This document shows, piece by piece, positions 1 to 11,500 of a stretch of DNA of 39,217 nt. The first letter of the stretch is position 1; every line of letters starts with the position of its first letter. A model generated the notes under the pieces. It was not told where the DNA came from. It was given only the letters and a program-made list of their open reading frames with translations, and did not search any database. The stretch is from Catajapyx aquilonaris. Lineage: Eukaryota. Location: positions 1 to 39,217 of the forward strand of contig KZ538944.1 of NCBI GenBank assembly GCA_000934665.2, given 5' to 3'. Both the position numbers and the translations under genes were made by a program.

Positions 1-498
1 ACCCACCCCCCATCTTTGCCCCGATGGATCGCCCGAGTATCAAATTATACTCTTTGTCACTGCGCCGTCGCTTCCACCTCTCTTTTCGCCCACTGGACTC
101 AGTTTTCCTCCAGTTCCAACTATTCCGGACGAAAAATTCCGGAGCTTATTTATACTTCCGGGATTTTACCAGATGAAAATGTACTATACCGCTCATAAAA
201 TAACTGCAGATGTACTAATAACAATATTTCTTATTACAGGTGAGTATCTTGGACACAACGGGGTCAGGTCAGTCGAATACTACATAGAAATTTTAAGATG
301 TGGGTGGGTGGGTGAAAAAAAAAAGAGTATTGGGCGTCGGTTTCCTAGAAGACCATCTGCGGCGACGGACGACGCTGGTCGTCGTGGCAGCAGAAGAGAG
401 GCGGCGCATGATTAGGCCTCTTGCATAGGCAACGATCAATACCCAAACGAAGAGAAGTATTGGATGTCGATGCTATCGAGGGGGGGGGGGGGGGGGGG

Positions 499-608
499 NN
501 NNNNNNNNNNNNNNNNNNNNNNNNNNNNNNNNNNNNNNNNNNNNNNNNNNNNNNNNNNNNNNNNNNNNNNNNNNNNNNNNNNNNNNNNNNNNNNNNNNNN
601 NNNNNNNN
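499..608. other. Assembly gap (N run) flanked by poly-G and poly-T
   Basis: Run of N between G(480-498) and a T run. Smaller Ns at 2715, 10771 and 28887-28890, mostly near G/C homopolymers. Confidence 0.99.
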
Positions 609-3585
609 TTTTTTTTTTTTAGGTCCGGGTTGTCGCTTGGTCGTCCCCTCGGCGTAATTTGCAGGCCTTTGTGAAGGGCGCCCCAAACTCTCAGGCTTTT
701 AATTCTCGGGGTCTCCTTTGTTGGGTGCGGACCCCGCCCGAAACGACGGACCCGGACGGCTTTTTCGCCTTTTGCCAGATGGACGCTTCGGTTTTTTTCC
801 GGTTTGGTGTAGATACTGATGTCTTCAATATCCGGATACAGCAACAATTTTTAAAAAAATAATTAAAATGAATGAAAATTTACAGATGTTTCAATAAATC
901 TGAGCACACATATGATATTCGGATAAGTAGTGAAATGTTAGGTGTGCTATCGGAAGAGGCAATTGGTGGCAGTCGGGGGCTTCGAATTGGGCACTTAGAA
1001 GGGCACATCGATCGGATCAAACCGTCGCCAGGTTTTGTGCCGTTTGTTACACGTCCCCCACCTGTGTTAGCAGATCCCCTATTTTTTTTACGTATGTCGC
1101 GGAACGTTATATAAAGACAGAACGTGTCAGTCCCTTTAGCGTCGGTAACGTCTCTATTTTTCCCCTAGCTTAATAACCCTAATAGGACAGGCTCCACAAA
1201 TTCCCTGAGTGTGAGGCTCGTCAAAGTGAGCGAGGACTATAACGCAATTAGCCTAAGTAAACTGCCGGCAGCTCTGTGTGTCTTTCTGTGGGAAGCATCA
1301 TATCCCCATAGCGAGCTGGTAATGAAGTGAAGGGGAGTCTCTTTTGCCCATCCTGCGTACCTGTTGTTTCACCTGTTGCCCCACGTATACTAATTACAGG
1401 TCTGCTGAGCGGTATGGGGTTAAGTGGCAGGCAGAGGGGGTTAGAGGTTGCATGTGCTTCTTGCTTTCCCACGTGGCAGTGTTTACGTGGTGTCTTCCTT
1501 GTTCTTCGTGACTCGAATGCATGGAAAGAAATATGTTTTTTGAAAAAGTTGAGATAGTTCCAAAAAAAAGCGCGTCAATTATTTTCTGAGCAAGAAATTC
1601 CGTCATATGATAACAATCATGACGGCTCGTGGTGAAGTTGACACGGTGACTTCACCTGTGTTTTCTCTGCTTCATGCTTCGGACGTCGTGACGATGCGGT
1701 TCTCCAATACCTCCTCCAGCACATATGGACGATGCGTAGAAAAATAGGTATCTTCTGGCATCATCTAGGGCAAGTCAGTCCATCAATCCTGCGTTCAAGT
1801 CTCGCAGTAGTGGAGAGAACAAAATGTTGCTCCTGAAGACTTGCCAAGAAAGTCGGGGGGGCTGTTGATTTGTGAAACACAAACCGCAAAAATGGTGATT
1901 GCCAAATGAGTCTGCAAGCAGCCGGAACCAGAATCGGATTTCGTGGAGAAAAATGTCAAAGGCCAAAATTATACCCGCAGTCGTCGACGGGGGCAAAGTG
2001 GGGCGCATCTAATTTGGGTACTGCCAGATAAGCTGTCTTTCTCTTTTAAAAAAATTAGCCGGGAACAAGGTGTAGTCATTTGCAAAAATATACCCTGATC
2101 TGCCTCATAAGTCAGCTATCTGGTGCCACCTGCTATGGAAACCCAGCATCATATACGCCTTCGGTTTGGGTTCCGTAGAGGGTGGCATTGAGATAAGGTA
2201 GGAGCTGTCTTAGAAGACTGACTAGAGCATATGCATCACGTATTGGATGAACCTCTGCAGAGCACATTCGATGGCGGAGGTAGAGATTACGGCAGAATCG
2301 GCCCTTAAACAAAATAGGGCAATAGGAGCGGAATGATATGTTCATAGAGACAGGTGGTGAGGGGTCGTAGCAGGCATTTGATCCGCGCCACAAGGCCCCC
2401 GTACCGAAGGTTAGGGACTATTGTGATTGATATAAGGGAATCCCCGGCAACAATAAATCCGGGATTTAAGCGCGTATAAAGTCGGCGGAATTGACACACT
2501 GCTGACAATTCAACGCGTCATAAATACACAGCAGAAGCGTTGTCCGGGCTAGAGTTTACAGGCGGCCATTTGTGACACGGGCGTCGTCATCATCGAGGCG
2601 GAATTGCCAGGAGTCCTCTGAAGAGAGGGGTGGTTCACACGTGACGTCACCTGCAGGAATGGACACCTAATTATTGCCTCTCGGGGAGGAAAAATTCTCG
2701 GAACAGACCGCATTNGGGGGGATTCCAAGCGTCTTAATTACAACCCCTGCACTCCATGCTTATTATGTAGCGTGGTCTTAGGGGAGGTAAAAAAAAAAGT
2801 GCGCTTCTAAAAACATGAGAGCGTGACTTTCAGCCTTCATACGCAATTGAAGTAAAAATGCCGCTTGACATTTATGTAGGTGTTTATTACTCGGCCAGGT
2901 GAACTTTAGGCCCGGGGCCAATGGTTCGGTTACAAATGTTCGTTCAAAAATTTCGGCGCTCGAAAATATACGGACGTAAAAAAACGCGACGTTTTTTACG
3001 CCCTCGTTTTTACGTCGCGTTTTAAACGCCAACACTGGTGGCTACACCTTTTTTTGTGCAATTTGACGGCTCGTGGCCATCATCCATCGTTTGAAGAAGT
3101 TGTATTGGTGGGTGTGTCCGAAAATTGCTTGTTGGCCCCCCCGATACTGGACGGACGGCGGGTGGCAAAGAGTGAAGGGGGGGCGGGAGAGTATCATGCA
3201 TGTGAGTGACGGGCAGGAACACCCCGGGGCGGAGTCGGGGCCAGGTACAAGTGGGATGTGGGCCTTCTAGCTCGCGCCTCCAACGCTTCTGACTACCAAG
3301 CTGCCTTGTTGCCAGAGGAATCCTACTTTCCTTCTAACCCTCCCCCCTTGGCCATCATTTTTCGCGTCCAGCCTCCATTAGCGTTGTGCTGAAAGCAAGT
3401 TAAAGGGTTAGCAGCGGTCTAATCAATCTAGGTGTCGCCTCAGGGCACCCACTTCCTGCCCTTTTTTTTTCCTACCCCAGCACCCTCAACTGTTAATGTT
3501 AGAGTATTGCACATACAAGGTGTACCATAATGTGAGGTATGGCCAGGAGGGGCTCAAGTCGTACCTGCAGCCCCTCGGCCTGAAC

Positions 3586-3758
3586 GGACCAATCGGCTGG
3601 CACCTATTGTATTCAATCTTTTTAATTAGTGGCCATTCTGCCCCTTTCGCCTGACCCGCCATCTAGAGGGGTGGGCCGAGTCGAGGGCCCCCTCCCGGGT
3701 TTTAGTCTGGCTTTGCTCCTCCACTCAGTCAGTTGGTAACGTTCCCAGCAAGCGGACC
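3586..3758 (+). promoter_or_regulatory. Putative TATA-less Inr+DPE core promoter (TSS about 3727) with upstream CCAAT and GT/CACCC box
   Basis: Inr TCAGTC at 3725-3730 (A+1=3727; an overlapping second Inr TCAGTT at 3729). GGACC (RGWYV) at exactly +28..+32 (3754-3758). GGACCAATCGG at 3586-3596 and GGGGTGGGC at 3668-3676. Confidence 0.55.
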
Positions 3759-4194
3759 CACCACGTGTGTGTGAGAGAGTCGTGGTTGTGTATGTGCAGT
3801 GTGACCTTGGTAGTCGTGCGTGAGTGCGTGTGTGTGTTTATCAGCCCCCCCTCTCCCAGCACATGCGGGTTTCGGAACAGGGCATTGATTACCCGAGAGT
3901 ATGCAGCATGGAAGGAGTAGTGAGTGCGGAGCCGTGTCAGCGCGCGGAGTGAGCGGGGGGAGGAGCACCAGCCCCAGAAGCAGAGGGTAGGGGAGGGAAG
4001 GGGGGAAGAGAGCTGGAGGAGGGAGGAGCTGGAGAGAGACGAAGGAGGACCGTCGTCTTTGGCCGTCGTCGTCGTCGTGGTGCGAGTGAACTCGGACTGG
4101 TAGCCACCGCTGCTGGATCAGGATCTATCCCAGCTGGAAATGAAAGGTGTGTGTGTTACCACCTGTTTTGTGCGTTACACGCAACTTACGCTGG
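3727..4194 (+). other. Putative non-coding first exon of the zfh2 transcript (alternative donors after 4146 and 4194)
   Basis: Follows the Inr/DPE; GC- and purine-rich leader-like sequence. Donors AAG|GTGTGT (4147) and TGG|GTAAGT (4195). The coding exon needs an upstream exon because it begins at an acceptor. Confidence 0.5.
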
Positions 4195-7100
4195 GTAAGT
4201 TTTTAGGGGGGAATGATGCAGCAGTGCCGGCTACCATGGATTTTACATCGAGCAGTGCAGTGCACCACGTGGACCGGTCCAAGTGTAGTGTTGGTGCCAG
4301 AAATAGTACCGGTTGCATACAGGTTAACACCTAAAAAAAAAATGAGTTGTTTATCAAACTCAACGACACTTGTGTGTGTTTAGATAAATAAATACTTGGG
4401 GGCATTTTATCTGACCCGATTAGGCGGGTATAAGATACTGGGCGGAAATGGTGCATAGGTAGGCCGGGGTTGTCGCGCATTGACACCAAGATAGCGGTTA
4501 TGTAATATTTGGAGATTGGAGTTATGCGGTGATCAGTTCGGACAAGTACGGGAATTTTCGTCTCACTGCTAGTCACAACGAAGCAGTACCACCGACAACC
4601 AACAATGTCAGTTAGTGATAACTGGCAGTGAGATGAAAATTCGACCATATATTTTAAAGCGGGCAAGTGCGGGTCATAACAATGGTGCGAAAGCGTTGTT
4701 TACATTCTCGTGTTTTTTTGTGTGTGTGAGGAACGTATGTCCGTGGCAGTGTCGTGCCTAATCTGGGCCATCTGGGAGCAATTAACGACAAATTTGTGGG
4801 GTTTAGTATAGAAGCGACGCTGCTTGCGTGAGTCCAAGTTCGGGTCAAGTTGCGTTAGATTATAGCGCTGGTAAACGCCTTATCTGGGGGCCCGTAATAC
4901 TGAAATATTATTTTAGGGGGGTGAAATTAGAAATTACGCTAATTTGGAGCGCAAATATGGCTTATGTGTTTGCAACCGGGTTTTGTCACATTTGCTGGCT
5001 TCTAATTAGGAGATATCTATTTTAACGGCAGTTGTGCGGAGTTAGGCCTAAGTTATAGGTGGTCAAAAGAGCAAAAACCAGTCCATCGCCATTTTGATAA
5101 ACTTGATGCAAAGTGGGCGCAGTTAATTAGTTGTGGTGCGTCACAAAAGCCGGGGACCTTTAGGCGCCTCGATTTTACGGGGCAGTAACCAACGCCTGGT
5201 GCACCCCTTGGTTCCTTTTTCTCACTCTCGCTCTCTGTGCATGTAACCCCCCTCTCTCGATATAGGTGGCAGCTTGCCGGCATAGAAATAAAATACATTT
5301 GCATATGAGTAGGTTCTCTCTCTCCCCTAGTTTCCTGCGCCTATTCACAAAGAGCGCTTTTGAGTTTCGGTCACGCCGAGTTTCCACCTAGGCCTAAACT
5401 TCCAGCTGTGGGTTTATTTTGCTGGACCTCTTGAACTTACACGGTAATTACGGGTCATATTGTAGTAATACGGAGTAGTTGACATTCCGAGAAATTTTTT
5501 GGATAGCCTGAATGGTGAGGAAGAATGTGGTGGAATGTTAGTGAGTAGTATACCGGTGTGTGAGTGGGTTGGAGGGGAGAGCTTGGAATGTGGCCACTCC
5601 GTCTGTGTGCGAGCAACATCGGGAACTGACCAGTCTGCTGGGATCCAATCTATATAGAGTGAGGGGGCCCCGGCTCTTTTTGCAGTCGAGATATCAGCTG
5701 TTCCCTAGGCCTGACTGGTGGGAAGAAAAGGCGGGAAAGAGGGTCTATGTGTGGATGCCGGTTTTTTGGAAGGTTGGCTGCTTGACCACTCATTCAGTTT
5801 AGCGCAGGGATGTTGAATATTGTCATTTTATATGGAACATTTTAATAAGTTTTAACAAGTCTGCTGTTTTTTGTAATATAAGATGATTCTGGGCCGAATT
5901 CAAGTTTTGTTATCAATGTTGCAATTGTGGTTGATCTGTGCTGAAATTGATCGGCGGTACAGTGTAGTTGCACTTATGTAATGTCAACATGTTAGCCGGA
6001 TTGACATGGAAGCTGAAAAGCATGGGAAAAATAATATCTGAATTTGTGTACAATCTGCCATTTTTTTTGACAAAAGTCTGCACGTTTTTGATATAGCTAA
6101 ACATTCTGCTTTGTAACGGCTAATTCTGACACTTATTGGCACTTGAAAATTTTTCGCTTTTGAGCGTCACATCACTCTTTGCTTCAAATCTGAAGTCGCG
6201 TTTGAGGGTACTTAGCCGGTTGGTCAATGACTACTGGAAGGCCAATTAAACACCTTCAGGGCGGAATGGTTGTGCAGTCGACCCACCCTCAAGTACAGGG
6301 AGAGACATAAAAAAAATTCTTGGACACGTGAGAAATGTCTGAGCTGCGGAGTGAGTCAAAAAACCAAGCCCAGAGTCCACCTGAGACCCACAACTTTTTT
6401 TTTCATTGGTAATGGAACGAGTTTTGTCGTTGACTTGTGATACAGTGAGAGGAGGATAATCATTAATCCTGTCAAACGTTTTCCATTGTATCGCGTCGCA
6501 TCCAATCTCACCAACCTTGTGACCAAATTCCGGGGGGGACCAAAAAATATTTTCATTTTTTCGAGCATTTTTTTTTACATCCCCCATTTTAGATCTAAAG
6601 GAACGGCCCCGAATTAGCAGACAGGGATTAACAACACGCCATACAAACCTAAAACCGTGCTTTATTTTTAAACGCTTGATGAATAGGTTAATGAGCGGAG
6701 AGTACTAAACCTGACGCAAAGTAATCGGATTGACTCCTGTCGCCGGCACCAAATCGGTTCAAATTCCCAGCATCCGAGCCAACGCTTGTTTCAAAAAAAA
6801 AAAAAAGTTGAGGGGGGTAAAATAATGCCAGCGCTTGTTTTGAAACACCTCTTTGATTCTACGTGTCACCTGAAAGCTAGTTGTTGCGAATTTGGATGGG
6901 ATTTTGTGTCAAAGAGTGCTGGGGTCGGGACTCGTGTTTAATTTTCGGACATTCAAACCAGGAGGGAGGCAATGCGAAAATGAGCCTTTTGCTTGAATTT
7001 GCGAAGTTCATGGTGGGTTTTTTGCGATATTTTGGTGGGAGTATAGGTGAGACAACATTGCTAAAGATTGTCGTGGAGTGGTCGGGGACGGAACAGGACA

Positions 7101-8562
7101 AAAGGTTAATGTTACATGTACCACATGTGACAATGTGCGCTATATTTTGAGTAGTTTGGGCTTAACTTGAATAATATAGCTCTCGAGGGAATTATTGCAA
7201 TTTTTAAGTTTTTGAGAGATATTCACTAGATAGTTCAACCACGTTATTGTTGAATAGTGCTTGGTCGTGCGCAGTTCTCGCAAGAGTTATTTCGAAAGCT
7301 GTAATTATTCATAATTAGTAGAATTCTTAGGCTGATACGCTGAGTAAATTCTCCTTGAGCACTTCGCAATACATATTCATGTGCGAGGCATGACTGCTGA
7401 TTTTTTTTTACATTGTTGACTCTTTAAAATATGTGACTGATGCCCATATAGACTGGCTCCGGTGTTTTTGCAAATAGTTAATTTTCGCTACCATGATGAA
7501 GATGAAGTGTTGATGGAGAAGCGAGTCTGGTCACTCATTTTTGCATAATCAAAATGGAGGCTCCATGGGAATGAGATGGGGGATGTGTGGTTTTTTTATC
7601 CTTCATTCTTTTGATGGCTCCACGCATGTGAGATTCATTCGGTTTTTCTTGCGAGGAGGTTGCAATTAAGGAGGAACGGTGTGGGTTAGTTAGTTCACCC
7701 TTAATGATAGTAGCGCCTCAGTTTCCGGGACTAACTGGCAGATGGAAGAAGGACAGAGCTAATCTGGGCTGAATTTCCCTTCGCCTAATTAGTACCGTGG
7801 CGGGTTCGATAAGTATGTAAATATTCATGGCAATGCCAAAGTTGTTGGTGTCTGCCAGCATTGTTGCTCCTGATAAAAAAAAGACGAGTTCGGGATACTT
7901 TTTTTGTCAGATCAAGTCATGGGAGCAAAAACTTGCCAAAATGCCGTGTGAATTTATTGCACTTGAATAGTGCCTACATGTTACACATTTTTTGGGGGGT
8001 GATAATATATTGTGAGCGAAATATTTTTACCAAGATTATCAAAATTACTACCGCCCGAATTTAGTGAATTTGACTCGATATCACGTGAAATAAAGTGAAA
8101 TGAATAAAAGAATTCGCCGAAATTACTCGAATTTTTTTGAAATGGTCTAATATGAACGTGATGCGTGACAGACAAGGTTGCCGCAGTTTTTAGTCAAGTA
8201 ACTACCTCCCCCCAGTTATTATTGTTACTTGTTAGGATCAGTAATCATACCCACTGTGTCAGCCATTTTGTGCAGTTTCACCATAAATTGGGCGCCATTG
8301 AATATTTTTCTTTTTTTAAACTTCAGATCTTGGTGTGCTTTAATTCGTGTTTGGAGCCGGGAGCAGTTCTCTCGCTGCAAAACCTATTCAAAAAGAAACG
8401 TAAGTGGCTGCAGCCATAATCACACAGCATGAATGTTGTATCACGGCTGAGCTTACACGCGGAAAAGTGCGCTCCGGATCCTTTCTTTGCAATCCCGACG
8501 TCCCCTTCTTATAATGTTTACTTTGCGAAACGTTGTGAGGTCATTGGAATCTGAAATAAGCT

Positions 8563-8583
8563 GAAGAAGAAGAAGAAGAAGAA
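8563..8583 (+). repeat. (GAA)7 microsatellite
   Basis: Seven perfect GAA units. Confidence 0.9.
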
Positions 8584-11500
8584 GGAAAAGGGGGGAAGAA
8601 AAGTTCAGAACTATGAAAGTTATCGGAGGCTACTAACTGCTAGTTTATGGTGTTGCATGATTGGTGTGGCTAAAATAAATTTTAAATGTGTTGTGGAAAG
8701 GAAAAATTCAGGGTCGGCCATTTTAAGATTGTGTCGTGAGCAGATATGAAAATATTAATCATGAAGTGAGGTGTATTATTAGCGAAATAATTAGCGCAAA
8801 ATATTAAATGAGATATGCAAAAATGTGTGATTGTCATCGATGCATTTTAAAGTATTTAAGAATGGAAAATGCAATAAACTTGTTACGCTTCAAGTGCGTC
8901 TCAAACGTGCGTAACATGTCTAGTTTAAAATTTTTGAGCTCATATTTTTGAACTTGAAATTTTTTTTTTTTTTACCTCCCAAACATCATCAGTTAGTTTT
9001 ACGCTTCTTGAGTTCATAAAAGTGCTGGTAAAAAGAGTAGTTACGGCGGCAAAAGGTGAGGCTCCTGTCGCGTCCTTCTTGTTTTTCCTTTTGTTTCTTT
9101 CTGGTTTCCGCGCGAGTCTCTCACGCCCGAAGCCATGACACATGTTCCTCTAACGTACCATTTTGCATTTTTGCTTCCAACTCAAAACACGCGATAGTGG
9201 AAATGGTAGTGCTGCCTTCAATTACACTACCCTGATAACGCATTTCCACACGCTTTGTTTTACCTTGGTTGCCATTTTCTTTTCTCGGGCCTTTACTGTA
9301 TATGTGGGAATAGTTTTGGATCTATGACGACAAGTGTAGATACTGCATATGAATTTTTATGTATGGTGCTTGGTTACTGCAATGTGCAAAGTTTGGGGAG
9401 TAAATACTGTGCAAATGTTTCTGGGGTTATCGAGACGTCTTGTCAATGCAGAAAATCAGGATTGCACATCAATAATGCATCTTCACTTGCGATACTTTTT
9501 GTGCATATATTGATGCATTTGCAAGTCGTGAAACATCGGAATATGTTCCAGGTTCATTTACCTGAGAGTTATCTATGAGTGCATGAAAGGAATGTATTGC
9601 AACAGTTGCATATACTGACACTGGTTCGTTTTATATTTTGTTTTTTTGCTCAATAATGTTAAGTTTAAATGTATGCTAATTATAGCCGTAAACGGCGGAC
9701 GTGATCGGAGTAAAGTTATGGACATTTGTAATTTTATTGCCGAGCATGAGGGCTTTGCCAAGGGCTTCGCAGATTGAAAATGTATCGTTTCATATTGAAG
9801 TTCTAGTATTGATGCTGCGAGGAAGTAGCGTATGTCTGCATAAGTATATAGAAATATATAAAACTATAACTTTAAATTTCTCTACATTCTTGTGATACAC
9901 TGCTCGCATTTTTAGAAACACTGCAACTGATGGCAGGCAAATGTCACTTTTTACTCGACTGGTACCATTAGTATATCTAGCAGTACTGAGATTCAATGAC
10001 AACAATAATGGCATGCCGCTATTGGAATAATATTGATTGAATTGAATTTTCAAATTCAATACTGCTACAGTAACTTTAGTTGACTTGGTTTGTAAACCCA
10101 TATATGATTATCTCGGTGTAGGCTACTATAGTACATTTAATGGTTTTTGTTTGTTTGAATGGATTCGAAAAATGTTTGCACATTAGACGGTTGGAACTAG
10201 TATGTAGATTAAGAATCATTGTTTGTTGTATCAGTAAACTACTCCGGGACAATGTACAGTGTTTTACGCACAACTTAACGGACATGTGTCACTTCTAAGA
10301 CGTGACACGTTATCTCTGGAAAAAATTACTGAATAGAAAATTTGATAATTTGATCTATTGACGCACCTCTGACGTGGAAGTACCATTACATCGGCTCAGA
10401 AATGGAATGTCCACATCAAGTGGAATGAACATAGCCTCATGCGCTAATGCCGTTAAAGTGCCGGGTAGGAAACCCCCAGCGCATGATTGCATGCCCTTAA
10501 TATAAGGCACTTTTGATAAACCAACGTACTATTTTATCGAATACACAGTGTGGGGGGGCATGTTTTAAGAAGTGTGCTACTGCCAAATACTCACGCATCA
10601 AACTACATTTTGTGTATGTGTAACCCGATACACTGCAATATTTTTGGATATTAACGAGCGGAGAGTAGGACCGATAATAGAGGAATGGGTGGTTGGTGGT
10701 GTGGGCCTAGATGTAGGGGCGGCTATAAAGCTCCCCCCCCCCCCCTCAGGCCTTATCGTGGGTGTTTATCNTCGTGAGTGTTTATCGTGTAGTCACCCTG
10801 CCTGCCTGCCAACATCCCTCTTCTCCCAACAGTTTCTCTGCTCAGCTTTTGGCTACTGCTCGCATGCAAACTTTCTTAGGCCCAAAACTCATCTTCAGAT
10901 ATGGCGACTAACACCTATCACTAATATGGAAATTTAGGAATAATTGAGCTAACACTATCCTCGTGACACCGCCAATTGTGAGTTATTATAAACGTCATGT
11001 ACCGCAACGTTTGAGAATAATAAACACCGAATGACCAAGGCCGACTGGACATAACCGGCAGGGATTGGGTGAATCACCGAATTTGCAGAAATGTCTGCTC
11101 GCTTGCTACGACATTAGCCCAACCAAAACAAACTGAAATGAGAAAAGCCGAGGATGCAACATGGGGATTTTCTCGCCAACATGCAAAGAAGCAGTAAAGC
11201 ACCGCAAAGAGAGGTGCAGCATCTTCGCCTAGAAGCAAACCGGAGAAGTGTTGAGCGAGTGTGGGCGGCCGCCAGACTAATAGGAGCAAGTGTTGGCTCA
11301 TTCTATTAGCACGTCCTGGTTAGGCCTCCTGCCAAGAACCGGCCTCCCACATCAGAGGAGAGACCCTACCTGCATACTCACCTATCCACCTTATAGCCAA
11401 GAGCAGGGCAGTACACCCTTGATGGGAAATCTGATGCATTGAGGGTTTGAAATGGGCAATGATGGCGACAGTACATAAGATGAGGGTAGTTAATGACGCC

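Noticed and set aside
480..620. Poly-G/N/poly-T block and the ORFs spanning it
   Set aside because: Assembly gap; homopolymer lengths are unreliable (same for 28875-28904).
6740..6775. Pol III B-box-like GGTTCAAATTCC (tRNA or SINE?)
   Set aside because: Imperfect match, no A-box and no cloverleaf.
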